Part shown: positions 43,443-56,167 of the stretch, piece by piece
How positions within the stretch are numbered: position 1 is the stretch's first letter
How the letters are laid out: every line of letters begins with the position of its first letter
Assembly: GCA_963796965.1 (NCBI GenBank)
Contig: CAWCNS010000004.1
Span: 1 to 64,000 of the forward strand
DNA: 64,000 nucleotides
Direction: 5' to 3'
Origin: Calditrichia bacterium
GTDB taxonomy: Bacteria > Calditrichota > Calditrichia > JAJRVZ01
Notes under the pieces: generated by a model
The model's database searches: none
Seen by the model: only the letters and a program-made list of their open reading frames with translations
Told to the model about the DNA's origin: nothing
Program-made: the position numbers and the translations under genes

Positions 43443-45263
43443 ATGAAGCTCCCCTCCGTTCAACAGATCTTGCAAGATGCTACCCACACAATCCAGCGCT
43501 TTCCTTTTGTTCTTCTCAATGCAGTGCTTGGAACGATCACGGCTGTCATATTAATTGATTACGAAGGTCCGGATCAGCCTACAGTTCTTTTCAAGATATT
43601 GCTGGCTACCATACTCGGGATTCCGCTTTTGACGGGTTTTGCTCTTTTCTCTGAGAAGAAAAAATGGGGCAAGGGAAGGGCCATTGCTCTTCAGATTTTC
43701 GGCCTATTGCTTCTGGTAGGATACGGTTGCTCGGTTCCGTCTGATCTGGTGGATGCACCGGCTATCCATATCCTACGTCTGTTAATGATTGCCGTGGCAT
43801 TACATCTATTTGTCTCATTTGCACCATTTTCCGGATCTGGTGAGATCAATGGATTCTGGCATTACAACAAAATACTGCTCCTACGTCTGATTATTACGGC
43901 CGTTTATACGGTGGTGCTCTACGCGGGTTTGGCTCTTGCCCTGGCGGCCCTCGATAACCTGTTCGGGATGGATGTACCCGGAAAGCGTTATGCGGAACTG
44001 TGGATTATTATCCTCGGATTGTTCACAACCTGGGCCTTTCTGGCCGGGATTCCGGAGGACCTGTCGCCGTTGGAAGGATCAACCGATTATCCGAAGGGGA
44101 TTAAAATTTTTGCCCAGTATATACTTTTTCCCCTGGTATTAATTTATCTGGTCATATTATATGCATACATGGCAAAAATCCTAATAGCCTGGGATTGGCC
44201 GCAGGGCTGGGTGAGCAGGCTCATCCTTGGATTCGCCACCACCGGTATATTTTCGCTCCTTCTACTTTATCCAATCCGCGAACGGGCAGAGAATATCTGG
44301 ATTAAAAAGGCATCACGTTGGTTATATGTGTTGATGATTCCATTAGTGATCATGCTTCTGCTTGCCCTGTGGAGAAGGATTTCAGAATACGGAATAACCG
44401 AAAGCCGTTATATCGCTATAATCCTTGGATTCTGGTTGGGGAGCATCGTTGTATATTTTATTCTGAGTCGTAAGAAAAGTATAAAAACCATCCCTATCTC
44501 CTTGTGTGTACTGGCCCTGATCATCTCATTTGGTCCATGGAGTGCCTTCAGCGTATCCGAAAAAAGCCAGGTTGATCGACTACAGGATTTTTTAACAAAA
44601 AATAACATCCTGGTGGACAGCCGGGTTCAAAAAGCACCGGCAACTGTCCCGCAGGATGATATCCTGCAGATTAGTTCAATCATCGCCTACTTACATGATA
44701 TCCATGGTTATGATCGGATTCAGCCCTGGTTTCGGGAAAGTTTAAAAGAAGATTCTCTCGGAGCACGGTTTAAATTTATAGAACCAGCCGAGGTAACCGA
44801 AATGATGGGTATTGAATATGTCAAGGTCCGGTACACGGCTGCGGGAGATAATATTTTTTTTAGATCAAACCAGGCAGGTTTAATAGAAATTCAGGGGTAT
44901 GACCGGATGATTCGTGGACAATACGTATCAATATTGATCAAGATAATAAGGATTTCTCCGATCAGGAATTTCGTTATCGGGTAAATTCAAAATTAGATTC
45001 AATTACTTTTATCGTTACCCCCAAGGAATCCGTTCCCGATTCACTGCATATTGATTTGCAGCCCCTGTTTAATCAAATTCTGGCCGACTATGGTAACGTC
45101 AATGTCACCAATATCCCACCCGAAAAAATGATGATAAGGGCAGAAAACCAGAATCTGAGAGATTAAAATTTATTTCCGGTTTATTAATTTACGCAAGGAA
45201 GAAGACCGGGTAAAACCGATAGCCTATAATGCAGATATTCTATATAAAATAGTAGGGCAATAA
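43443..45263 (+). CDS. DUF4153-family membrane protein (3' frameshifts)
   Basis: RFP N-terminal motif, PLVLIYLVILYAY, RISEYGITESRY, FGPWSAFSVSEKSQ. Confidence 0.82.
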
Positions 45264-45439
45264 AGATTTTAAATTTTATGAAAGAGAGTACTTTTTATCC
45301 GTCTTCGCCTGCCTGCCTCCTCAGGTGGGGGGCAAGCTGCACTCAGGTCAGATATCTTGCGACGTGAGTCGATCGGTACTTCAAGCCCATCGCTCTCAGT
45401 CTTGGCCATATGTTCATCTCCAATTTTATTGATTTTGAT

Positions 45440-47217
45440 TTAAGTATATTGATAGATCAGCCGCATACCTACAGCTGGTTTTGGATTCTGTTCATCGGTA
45501 TAAATTGTCAGATTATTTTGCATATCAATTAATATCAGTGGTATCATTTTTTCGTCACTGACTATTTGAAGATCCTCATCCGTATTAATTTCCAGAAATT
45601 TTATTTCAGCAGGGCCATTCATAAATTCAGATATTTTTTCGAACGTCATATCTTCTCCAAATAAACGACGTCCACGCAGGTGTCTGGAAACAGATTGATC
45701 TTCCCCCAATTTCATTTTTTTATAGGGCAGTTGATATACTTCAGATCGACCAAAGATATCTTCAAAATGTAGAGCGGCCAGGGCATTGACTTCATCATTT
45801 GCCGTTATCGCAAATAATTTTCCGATACCCTGCAAATTGAGTTCATTGATGATATCTTCTGATAATATATTCGCTGTAATCGCTTCAAGATTTTTAATAC
45901 GGGCCACAATTACGTTTTCGGGATTGGAATCAACCAGCAGAACACGAAATCCCATTTTATTTATGGCAAGGCCCAATTGTATGGACCAGGGGTGAGCACC
46001 CACGATGATCACCCCCTGAGGATTAGGTTCTGATAGTTTTAATAAACGGGATAAGGGAACAGCACTCAAACCATAAAGGGTAACGGTAGCGATAATGACG
46101 ATAAATGTTAAGGGGATTAACCGCTCTGCATCGGTGTATCCATTGGCCGATAGTTCGATGGCAAAAATAGATGAGACGGCAGCTGCTACAATACCCCTTG
46201 GTGCAAGCCAGGATAAAAATAATTTTTCCCGAAAATTAAGATTTTGGCCGATGGTCGAGATATAGACAGATAAGGGTCTGGCAATGATGATGAGAATACC
46301 CAGAAAGAGGATCGTATTCCAATTCAGATGAGCCAAATCATCGATTTTGAGTCGGGCAGCAAGAATAATAAATAAGGTTGAAATCAGAATTACCCGTAGA
46401 TTTTCCTTGAACTCGATGATGTGCTTAATGGATACCTTTTTTTGATTGACCAGAAAAATACCTAAAATCGTGACCGTAACAAGGCCGGATTCATGCTGTA
46501 TCAAATTAGATATAATGAAAGTTGTAATAACGATCATGATGGCAGCGGAATTATGCAAAAAATCCGGAATCCAAAATCTTTTCAGGAAAAATATAATCAA
46601 TTGGGCACCGATCCAGCCCATTCCCACACCAACGACCAGGGTTATCAGTAATCCTGTTATCGATGACGGCCGTAAACTGCTCAAACCCACCACTGATAAT
46701 TTCCTCAAAAACCAACACTGCAATGATGGCACCCACCGGATCAATAATAATTCCTTCCCATTTGGCAATACTGTAAAGATTTCCCTTTCGGCCGGACTTG
46801 CCGTAAAAGGGGTAATATGACTGTCGGCCCGGTAACGATCATTATAGCCCCGAAAAGAAGGGCTAATCTAAATTCCAGATCGAGTAAATAATAGGCGGCA
46901 GCGGTAGCGACAATCCATGTAATCAGGGCGCCAATGGTTATCAGATTACGGATGATCTTGCCGACACTTCGGAATTCGTCAAAACGTAAACTCAATCCAC
47001 CCTCAAATAATATGATTGCTACGGAAATTGATACAAAAGGAAAAAGAAGATTGCCAAAAAGACGCTCCGTATCTACCAACCCGCTTACCGGTCCGGCTAT
47101 GATACCTAGAATAAGCAATAAAAGAATGGAGGGCAGATGAAGCCGCCAGGCCAGCCACTGGGCAACGATCCCGAATAAGATGATGATCCCAAGTCCGATT
47201 AAAATTTGTTCTGACAC
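45440..47217 (-). CDS. CPA1/NhaP-type cation:proton antiporter with TrkA-N-like domain (frameshift near 46780)
   Basis: AQWLAWRLHLPSI, AIILFEGGL, VTGPTVI, HESGL, APRGIVAAAVSS, IIVGAH. Confidence 0.9.
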
Positions 47218-47585
47218 TATTTCCTCATCTAAAATTAATATCTGAATGGTTTATATGTTATGAAGATCTGCAAGTCAATAATTTTCAGAATAAAAAACCC
47301 TAACCAGGCATGGTCCTGATAGTTCAAAAATCGGATACTCCCTCTATGTCCGGCGAATTTAGTTTATTTCTTATTATGGTTCGGGATGAAACCGGTCATT
47401 CAGAGGAAACGGAACGGATTTTAAAAGATTGGCCGATCTAAAAAGCATTTTGATACTCTGATAGTTAGTACCGGTATGGTTTATCGATTTCCGCTGATCT
47501 GTGCAAGAAAACGGCGGAAATCTTATTTTGTTCGCGACCAGAAAGGACTCACGATATTTCACAACGGTGAAGGTACCCTAAATTT

Positions 47586-47952
47586 TCATTGTAGGACTGC
47601 GACGATTAAAGTTAAAACGAGCATAGTGAAGGCAGGTAAAGATTTTTTTAGAGAATCTTTAACTTTGATATGCATTACAATCGCTCCAAGCATTAACAGA
47701 GCGATGCCAATTGCCGCGGGTTTGGTTAAAAGCGGAAACCATAAACCGGCGATCAACATGATAGCCAGGACGATTTTCAGGAAGCCGACCAATACCATGA
47801 ACCATCCGGGAAGACCATAGATCTCAAATTCTTCTTTCATATTCCTCGCTTTGCCCCCTCGCCAAACGGTCGGTTTCCCATATCGCAGGATCCATACATT
47901 AAGGATACCCAGCGCTATAACAAGCTGAATAATATATGGTAATTGTTGTCAT
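47586..47952 (-). CDS. DoxX-family membrane protein
   Basis: Upstream frame LGILNVWILRYGKPTVWRGG leads into MKEEFEIYGLP...LMLGAIVMHIKVKD. Start inferred from GGAG plus ATG. Confidence 0.8.
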
Positions 47953-48121
47953 TTTATTTTCTCCATAATTGATTTAAGGTTAAATGAGTGAGTGTTTTAG
48001 ACAAAAATATTGTTTTACGATTTCATCCAATCCAAATTATCTTCCTCAGAAATAAAATTGGTTTCAGTATTTGATGAAATTATAAATTTTATCTTACTTT
48101 CCAAAACTAAAATAACCTGCC

Positions 48122-50387
48122 CTAAATTTCATTATAGTAATTTTCCAGATCAAACTCTGCTGCTCCTATTGTAACAATTCCCAGATAGCCATCAACGGTT
48201 ACAAGGTCACCCTTTTCTAAAACATTGGTAACATCGGCAACACCATTTACGCAAGGTATACCCATTTCGCGGGCAATAATTGCACCATGAATCAGCATAC
48301 CACCCCGTCGTTCGACAATCGCTCCGGCCAATGGAACCAAATGGGTCATGTTTGGCTGGATAGCATCACAAATCAGAATTTCACCGGCTTTAAATTCTCC
48401 TAAATCACTGGAAGTTTGGATAATACGTACTTGACCGGAGATGAGACCTGGCGAAGCAGGTTGTCCGATAAGTTGGCGCGGTTTACTATGCCTATTCTTC
48501 TTTATTTGGTTAGATTGCTTTGGTTTTTCGGCGGGAAGTGTAACTTTTCCGCTCTTTGGATTTCTAAGAGCAGTAATTACCATATCTGCCGATTTCTCAT
48601 TTGCTACTTTATTTCCCTCTAATCGTCCGGCTGATTCAAGTCGTCCAGTCCCCTCCGTAAGTGCTCTCATAAATTGACTTTCAATTCGGCCCAGCAGCAG
48701 GTTATCATCATCCCTCAAACGCCAGCTCAATCTACCAAGCGTGAGAACTTCCTTAGCCTCGTCATGTCTATTTTTTCCAACCGCTTTATACAACTTCTTT
48801 TCAAAATGGGTAATTTGTTTTCGATCCTCATCTCTGAATTTTGAAGGATCAAGGGATGTCGCCATTTCTAAAATCGTTTTCAAGATCTCCGCCGGTTTTT
48901 TATTGATCCTTTCTTTGCCATACGTGACATCCATGTATTTATCCAAAAGTACTTGAAATTCCTCGAGAAATTTTTTTCCAGTGGGATGTTGAAGGATGGT
49001 TTCCTCCACCATCCGCCATTGATCGATATTTTTTTTCGATTTGGTCATCCGGCTTTTAATATTTTCCAGCAAGCCAGGCTGCCCCTGAAGGTATTCCGCT
49101 AATACCATCATTTGCTGATTACGCAAGGTAGATATCATGGCCTGACCTTTAAGGAGCCCAACAAATTCAAAGGGATCTTTCGGGTGAACAGCATCATTAT
49201 AATAGGTGGCCAAATGACGTACGCCATGGGCAAATGGGATGAATTCATCCCAGTAAACACCTTTCCATTTTTCAACGGCGCGCCGACGGGATTCTATACA
49301 ATCCGCCAGTTGCTGATCATTAAAGGTCGATACATCCTCGTTGGCGAGTTCGTCTCCCTCCGACTCCAGATTTGGAATTAACTCTTCAACAACCCTTTTT
49401 GCCAATGACTTTTAATCGCGCCTCACCAGGTCGCAAGGTTAAATAATAAGCTTTATCATCTTCAGGTTTGTCTTCAGATGCGGTTATCGGACGTGCCTGT
49501 AACAACCTAAATCGTTCTTCTCTGCCCGTCCACTCCATATCAGGATGCCACCCAAATATAGATTCGATCCCCTGTAGTGTTTTGTAGATATATTTCAAAT
49601 CATCGGACTTCAGGAGTGGTTTTTCCGACTTTTGATTTTCGTCTTGGCTGTTTTTCATTGAGATGACGTCACCGGATGATCGCTTTAATATCCACCGGGA
49701 GGGATCGAGCACGCCATCTACCAGGTCACGGCAAAGCCCTGGAACCGCTTCGATGATCAATCGATCTGCTTTAGGTTCTCTCGGATCAATGCCAAATGCA
49801 ACACCGGAGACTTCCTCTTCAATCAATTCCTGAACCAAAACGGCCATAGAACTGTTTAAGGGATCAAGTCCTAATTCATGCTGGTAAAGCAGCGCCCCAT
49901 CTGACCACAAAGAGGCCCAAACCAGGCGTACCGCATCCAATAATCCCCTCTCTCCTTTTATTCCAATATATGATTCGTGTAATCCCGCGAACGAGGCCTT
50001 GGCAGAATCCTCTTTTGGTGCCGATGAACGAACAACCAGGGTTTTTTGATTGCCCAGATCCCGAAAGGTACGGAGTATCTGATCTCTAATCTCTTCAGGA
50101 ATTTCAGCACGTTGGAATGCAGAGCGAATTCGAAGTGCAGCATCCCAGATCTCTTCCCAGCGCATCGAATCAAAAGGTTTTCGACCAAGTTCAAATTTTA
50201 TCATGGTATCGAGAGAATTTGACTTTATGAAGCATTGGTAGGCGACTGTCGTAATACAGAACCCATCTGGAACACGAAAACCGGCCTCAGCAAGTTTTCC
50301 CAGTTTAAATGCTTTGCCACCAATAAAGTTTTCATCGCTTTCTGAAACTTTTGAGAGCGGGATGATAATTGGAGTCAGGGAATCCAT
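48122..50387 (-). CDS. PEP-utilising/PPDK-like phosphotransferase: ATP-grasp, central domain and C-terminal phospho-His swivel (frameshift near 49400)
   Basis: IGGKA, VPDGFCITT, VVRSSAPKED...SFAG, DMEW, LLQARPIT; C-terminal GQPASPG...GGMLIHGAIIAREMGIPCV. Confidence 0.85.
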
Positions 50388-50893
50388 TGTGAAACCTCTT
50401 GAAAACGGATCACATGAAAATATCTAACGACATCGATTCGAAAAAGTGCTGTTGATGCCGAATCCAGAAAAGTTGACAGATAAGCGTGCCGGGCTCGAAG
50501 CAGTCTGATTCCTAACTCATAATCTGCTCCTTTTTGAAGTCGCACTGCTTTGCCGGTTATCGTTAGAGCCTCTACCTCTGTCATATCCTCCAGATGTTGG
50601 CAGCGGCTATCGATAACCAGGGACACGTTCTGGCATTCTTGAAGTAATTTATACTTTCGGGTTGCGATTTGCGTTTTGAAAAAGAAATGTTTCAAATCTT
50701 CGGTAAAAGCACAGGCAATTAGTGAGCCATAGGGCTGGTGTTCTCCCTGGGTGCAGAGAATACAAAATGCTTGCTCATTTACCAGTCGCCGAATGTGTTC
50801 AGCCAAATCAGAATTTTGTTTATCTCTCGTTTTGGTCTGATTGAATTCAGCATCAAATAAAGGTTCGTCATTCGGATTCATTTGTTTTCCCAT
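50375..50893 (-). CDS. Pyridoxamine 5'-phosphate oxidase-like split-barrel protein
   Basis: FCILCT...QPYGSLIA, TRKYK, NVSLVIDSR, ALTITGKA, RFQEV. Overlaps the next gene's start. Confidence 0.82.
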   Translation of the reverse strand: MGKQMNPNDEPLFDAEFNQTKTRDKQNSDLAEHIRRLVNEQAFCILCTQGEHQPYGSLIACAFTEDLKHFFFKTQIATRKYKLLQECQNVSLVIDSRCQHLEDMTEVEALTITGKAVRLQKGADYELGIRLLRARHAYLSTFLDSASTALFRIDVVRYFHVIRFQEVSQWIP

Positions 50894-51309
50894 TTATTTT
50901 TTCTTTTGTAATACGTCAGATCCTGACCGCCACTGGATGCCATACCCACAACAGTGATATCTTCTATTTCTGCTAACATCGAGGCCATACCTTACCGGAG
51001 CAGACGATTATCTTCTGCAAGACAGATGTGAATAGTTGTATTCATACAGGGTCACCATAAATTAAAGATATTCTAAGTAAACATTCATTTTCACAACCGA
51101 CCTGACACGCGCTGTGAGACGATTACAAGCGCTTATAAAATAATTGGTTAATTATAACAAAAATATCACAATTTTAGTGGCGAAGCAAAAAACGAGATTA
51201 TAAAATGTGGATAAAACACGGTACTAACTGAAATATACAAAGTGAAATCTGCATAGAATCAGTGACATATATTGTCACCCATTTGACAGATTTTCATATA
51301 ATCAATTTT

Positions 51310-51380
51310 GTAATTTCTAAATCCTAATTACAAAATCCCAAACAAGTCCCAAGATCCAAATTCCAAACAAATCTCAATTC
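51310..51380. repeat. Degenerate 7-mer tract (aaatccc/aattcca)
   Basis: aatttctaaatcctaattacaaaatcccaaacaagtcccaagatccaaattccaaacaaatctcaattc. Confidence 0.6.
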
Positions 51381-51431
51381 AGTTTCAATTGATCAAGAAT
51401 AAAGAAATATTCCATTGCGGTTCTCTTGTAT

Positions 51432-51518
51432 CTGGCAAACAGATGGTCCGGACCGGTATATTTCTGCGCAACCAGGTATTCTGCACAATCAATAAAATCA
51501 CTAAATGTATTCTTCTTT
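51432..51518 (-). pseudogene. Internal fragment of an oligopeptidase B paralog
   Basis: Translates KKNTFSDFIDCAEYLVAQKYTGPDHLFAR, versus KKNTFNDFIDCADYLVAQKYTSSDYLFAR at ~35200-35290. Confidence 0.85.
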
Positions 51519-51525
51519 ATTCAAA

Positions 51526-51962
51526 TTAATTGATATCGCTTTCGCCATACTTCTCATTCCACCCGACAATCGCTGCCGGTAATGTATGGGCCAGAAGGAG
51601 CAACGCGCTGGCTAGTAAAATATCAATCCGGTGATATCCAATAAGAGCAAAAGTAAATATGATAATAAGACATGTTATCGTAAAAATGCTATATGAAGAT
51701 TTTAACCCATTTAAAACAGTGAATATTTCTCTTTCATCAAGGTTCTTAGACGACGTATGAACCATTTTCCAGAATTTTGTTTTGATAAATACTCTAAAAA
51801 ATGAAATTAAGAGAATTACAATAAATCCAATCTCAAAAATAACCGTGACAATTGGCCAGTGTAAATATTTACCGGCGTAATAAAATACTAATACAGCAAT
51901 CAGGCTAAAATAATGAAGCAAAATCCAGAATCTGTTTTGATCTCTAAAATTTTTTTTTTCAT
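51526..51962 (-). CDS. Small membrane protein with LDERE motif
   Basis: Four hydrophobic segments and NLDERE; coupled to the XRE regulator. The 5' end appears frameshifted in a homopolymer. Confidence 0.7.
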
Positions 51963-51963
51963 T

Positions 51964-52230
51964 TTACAGTCCTCCCTTAAACTTGTTTTTCAGTTCTAAT
52001 ATCTCTTCACTAAGCGGTTTTAATGGTTCTGGCGAAAAAATCAATTCAATTGGCATACCAAAATATTCACTTATTTTAAATGCCAAATCTAAACTGGGAT
52101 TAAAATCCTCTCTTTCCAGATAACCAACTGTTTGAAAATTCACGCCGATTTCTTCTGCCAATTTTTGTCTTGAAAGATTCCGTTCTTTCCTCAAGACGGC
52201 AATTCGGTTATACAATTTTCTCGATTCCAT
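51964..52230 (-). CDS. XRE-family HTH transcriptional regulator
   Basis: NRIAVLRKERNLSRQKLAEEIGVNFQTVGYLEREDFNPSLDLAFKI. Confidence 0.92.
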   Translation of the reverse strand: MESRKLYNRIAVLRKERNLSRQKLAEEIGVNFQTVGYLEREDFNPSLDLAFKISEYFGMPIELIFSPEPLKPLSEEILELKNKFKGGL

Positions 52231-52916
52231 ATGTTCTCCATTATTTCATGCGTTGCAAATATAGTACTATATGTTATATATATACAACATAATATTGTAA
52301 AAGTTTCATTTTTTTTATTTTTTTTGTTATTCATTAATAATGTATCAACGTTATAATTCACCCTGGAATTAACTAAACACGCATATTTTATAGCTAGGAT
52401 GGATTGTAAAAAGGGAGTATTTTTTAAAGAACGTGACCAAAACGAATGAGAGGGGTATATTCATTGTATCAGGAATATGTTGATTACAACTTATTAAGCA
52501 CTAAAATTGATATGGGTATTTCGGATTTGGTGAAGAGGTATCAAAAATTAGCTAAGACGGCAAAACAAAATTAAATGTTCAACCTAAAAAAATTATTCTG
52601 AAGAATCGATAACAACAGTAGTATTAAAATGTAGTGTACTATTTTGCACACGTAATCAAACTAATATATAAATGATAGTAAAAAATATTTCGCCTTAATT
52701 ATATATTTTTATTGGATATAATAGAGCCTGTAAAAAACAGGCACAATTTTTGTATCTATAGATTTCGAGAATAGTATAAGTTTAAGGGTGCTTATTCTAA
52801 AACCATTCTGCAAGTTATTCTTTACGCTATAGAGTGATTATCAGCACATAAATTTTAAAGGTAGAACCTATTTTATATTTTAAAAAAAAAAGAAAAAGGA
52901 AAAAGGAGAATCTATA

Positions 52917-53693
52917 ATGAGAACAGTAATAATGGGATTGTCGTTACTAATAATAATTCTAATTGGTTGTGAGACAAATTCAACCGGGATTGAATCAGAA
53001 CAAAAGGGTACGCTCACGATATATTTAACAGACGCTACTGCTGATTATGACTCGGTGAATATTACTTTTTCAGAAGTGAGTGCACATATTGATTCAGATT
53101 GGGTGGTTGTTCAGGGAGATCCTGTCACGGTTGATCTACTTAAGTGGTCAAATGGTAAGTCAATGGTTCTTGGGTCTGCCGATGTTCCAGCTGGAAAATA
53201 TACTCAAATTCGAATCAAAATTGATGATGCTGAGATAGGGGTTAACGATCAAGTATATCCATTGGAAGTACCTAGTGGCGCACAGACTGGTTTAAAACTT
53301 GGGCCACAATTTACCATTAATGCTGGATCATCATATAAACTCATAATAGATTTTGATGCATGCAGGTCAATAGTTACAACTGGATCGAAAAAAGACCCTA
53401 AAGGTTATAAACTAAAACCAAGATTACGGGTTATTGCTATGGCTATTACCGGTTCAATATTTGGAAATGTTTCTAATCCTGATAGTCTGCCAATTGCCTA
53501 TGCCATTCAGGAAAACGATACGATCACCTCAAGCATTGTAAATCCGGATAATGGATATTTTAAACTTTCATTCTTACCTGAGGGATTGTATAAGGTATCA
53601 GTTGTGGATACAAGTGATAATTCCTTTAATCAGGATGATGTAAGGGTAAATATAGGTGTGAGTAATAATTTAGGTATTATTACACTTGAGTAA
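52917..53693 (+). CDS. DUF4382-domain lipoprotein
   Basis: Lipobox LIGC; LTIYLTDA, VPAGKYTQIR, VPSGAQTGLKL, IDFDACRSI, YKLKP. Confidence 0.85.
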   Translation: MRTVIMGLSLLIIILIGCETNSTGIESEQKGTLTIYLTDATADYDSVNITFSEVSAHIDSDWVVVQGDPVTVDLLKWSNGKSMVLGSADVPAGKYTQIRIKIDDAEIGVNDQVYPLEVPSGAQTGLKLGPQFTINAGSSYKLIIDFDACRSIVTTGSKKDPKGYKLKPRLRVIAMAITGSIFGNVSNPDSLPIAYAIQENDTITSSIVNPDNGYFKLSFLPEGLYKVSVVDTSDNSFNQDDVRVNIGVSNNLGIITLE

Positions 53694-53860
53694 ATACTAT
53701 ATTCTAAAGTCTACCCCTATTTGCCTGAGGGCATTAAATTATGAGGTAGCCTTTTTGCGATTTATAGTAATTATAACCACTAATTGAGCAATTAAGGGCA
53801 ATACCAGTCTTTGCTGACTTATGTGGTTTGTGATGATTGACGGGCAGATTGAGAATAATG

Positions 53861-53890
53861 AAAAGACCGAATCCAATAGACTTCGGTCTT
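53861..53890. terminator. Hairpin between convergent genes
   Basis: aaagaccgaa-tccaatagac-ttcggtctt. Confidence 0.55.
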
Positions 53891-53980
53891 GTTTAAAATA
53901 CAAATATTTTTGCAACGCTTCCCAGCTACATTACCCTATTTTTTTGACAAAAATAAATTATCCAGAATTAACCATTTTTA

Positions 53981-54538
53981 TCAGTTTATCCGAAATATAC
54001 CAGGAGCAGTTGCAGGTGCTAAGACTGGTTCCTCAGGGGTTCCTAAATTTTGCCAGGTTATAACGCCGCTCATGTGTACATTGCGACCAAACCACATTTC
54101 AAATGGTTCAATTGCTACGTCTATTTCACCGTTCATCCGATACTTAGTGGGTTCGGGGGGTTTATTTGCCAGGGTAGTAACGCCTTCATCTGGCCCTCCC
54201 AAGTAAACAATATCTCCATCGTAGATTTCGAAGTATTCCACGAAAGGACTTGCTTGTGAATACTCTTTGAAAGGGCTAAGGTGGAAGAATCTTATACCAT
54301 ATTCACCATATCCTTCAAAAGTTATTGTACCTACCCATACGGGCTCTTCGGGCCATGCACCAAAGGTAAAATCTAACTCCATTGTGCCTATAAGGTTTGG
54401 TGCTGGTTTTTTTGCCAAAAAATCGGGGGCTTCATCACTTTGGCTTACTTCAGGAGCTAAAGCATTTTCGTCCTGGCAGCCAAAGAAGATCATAATAGTT
54501 CCAATGATCAAAACCATAAGACTAAAATTTTTCATCAT
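53981..54538 (-). CDS. Hypothetical lipoprotein
   Basis: Lipobox FFGC; intact 185-aa ORF. Confidence 0.7.
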   Translation of the reverse strand: MMKNFSLMVLIIGTIMIFFGCQDENALAPEVSQSDEAPDFLAKKPAPNLIGTMELDFTFGAWPEEPVWVGTITFEGYGEYGIRFFHLSPFKEYSQASPFVEYFEIYDGDIVYLGGPDEGVTTLANKPPEPTKYRMNGEIDVAIEPFEMWFGRNVHMSGVITWQNLGTPEEPVLAPATAPGIFRIN

Positions 54539-55048
54539 ATTTTCCTTCCAAAATTAATGCATGATATATACAATTGGTATGAATTTCTATACAATCACTG
54601 GAAAGATGACTATTCATGAAATAATAAGGGGGACTTTTATTGTGTGAATAATATTCCAATTTTCGGAACATGTATATCACCCAAAGAGGATAAAAGTAAA
54701 CAATTATGAAAATGTGAATGTGTCTTTAAATTAAAATCCACATAAGTCTAATAATGGGCCCGGTTGTAAAATTTTTTAATGCTCTTACCGCAAATCAGGT
54801 TGTATGAGGCGTTCAGTATAAATGAGGATCAGAAATACTATATGTGAAAGAATAGTAGGAGAGGGTATGGCAGAAATATACGAAATGGATATGGGAATAC
54901 AAGGAAAATATTAGGAATTACTAATTACCAAATACTAATTCCTAATTTTGAATCCAACACAATCTAAAGTCCATTTTTCCAATAATTCATTTTCAAATTT
55001 CCCCGAGTATTTCTAAATTAGAATCTGAATTTTTCCGGGATACCACAA

Positions 55049-56167
55049 ATGCCGATTATTGATAATTTTAAAGATAAAATTCATGACTCACGTGCTTTTG
55101 TCCAAAGACATCAACGCCTGATACCTGTTCTCTCCTTTTTTGCTGGGTTTACCTGGGATAGTGTAACCATAACCCGTATCGATGAAGTGTCAGACAATTT
55201 GATTATAGGTTTATACCTCATTTTATTGGGTTTTCTCATCATTCTGACCCTGCATAGTGAGTATAACCGCTTAAAAAAACCGCTGTTGATTAAATACGGA
55301 CACCTTTATCCCACAGGGATCCAATTTTTTCTGGGTGGATTATTCAGCGCCTATGTGGTCTTTTATTTTAAGAGCGCTTCTTTTACAAAAACAGCTATTT
55401 TTCTGGGACTTTTAATTCTGCTCCTGGTTGCCAATGAATTCTTGAAAAACAAGCTCACTAATACCTATCTGCTAATTTCTCTCTATTTTCTTGCCGCATT
55501 CTCGTTTTTTATATTCTTTGTGCCTGTGATTACCGGATATATGAATATATTCACCTTTATTGCCGGGAGTCTTGCCGGACTATTACCACCCTATTTTATC
55601 CTGTCTTACTTATACCGGAAAAATCTGATTGAATCAAAGAAACGCTATCAGAAACATCTGGCGTTGGTTGGTGGAATTTTTATTATCATGATATTCTTTC
55701 ATTGGCTCAATTTGATCCCACCGGTTCCTTTGGCCATGAAATATGCCGGTATCTACCATCATGCCAGCAAGAACAAGATAGAAAACACGTATATACTCAA
55801 GTATGAAAAACCGGCCTGGTACCAGATATTTAAAAATGATGATTCTCAATTTCATTATCAGGAAAACGACACCGTTTTTTGTTTTGCATCCGTTTTTGCC
55901 CCGACACGATTAACAAAGAAGATTGCCCATGAATGGTCCCATTTCTCGGAGAATAAAGATGAATGGATCGTCACCGATCGGACGGTATATCGGCTAACCG
56001 GTGGACGGGATGGTGGTTATCGTGGATTTACCTTTAAAAAGAATATTGAGATGGGGGAGTGGCGTGTCGATATTATCACCGATGATGATCAGATATTGGG
56101 CCGGATTAAATTCAGTATTATTCAAGCAAAAGATGAAGTTCTTGAGTTTGAGACCATAGAGAAATAA
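55049..56167 (+). CDS. DUF2914-domain membrane protein
   Basis: FFAGFTWD, QFFLGGLFS, IPPVPLA, FASVFAP, GGRDGGYRG, GEWRVD. Confidence 0.85.
   Translation: MPIIDNFKDKIHDSRAFVQRHQRLIPVLSFFAGFTWDSVTITRIDEVSDNLIIGLYLILLGFLIILTLHSEYNRLKKPLLIKYGHLYPTGIQFFLGGLFSAYVVFYFKSASFTKTAIFLGLLILLLVANEFLKNKLTNTYLLISLYFLAAFSFFIFFVPVITGYMNIFTFIAGSLAGLLPPYFILSYLYRKNLIESKKRYQKHLALVGGIFIIMIFFHWLNLIPPVPLAMKYAGIYHHASKNKIENTYILKYEKPAWYQIFKNDDSQFHYQENDTVFCFASVFAPTRLTKKIAHEWSHFSENKDEWIVTDRTVYRLTGGRDGGYRGFTFKKNIEMGEWRVDIITDDDQILGRIKFSIIQAKDEVLEFETIEK

Noticed and set aside
47374..47562. 62-aa ORF downstream of DoxX
   Set aside because: May be a decayed gene, but I could not assign a family or a credible start.
48122..50387. 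Calling the gene ppsA or rph
   Set aside because: It lacks the C-terminal pyruvate-binding domain of PpsA, and rifampin specificity cannot be read from the sequence.
35200..51518. DGR template/variable repeat pair (ptrB fragment; also the EEP duplicate)
   Set aside because: No reverse transcriptase in the window, and the differences are not confined to adenines.
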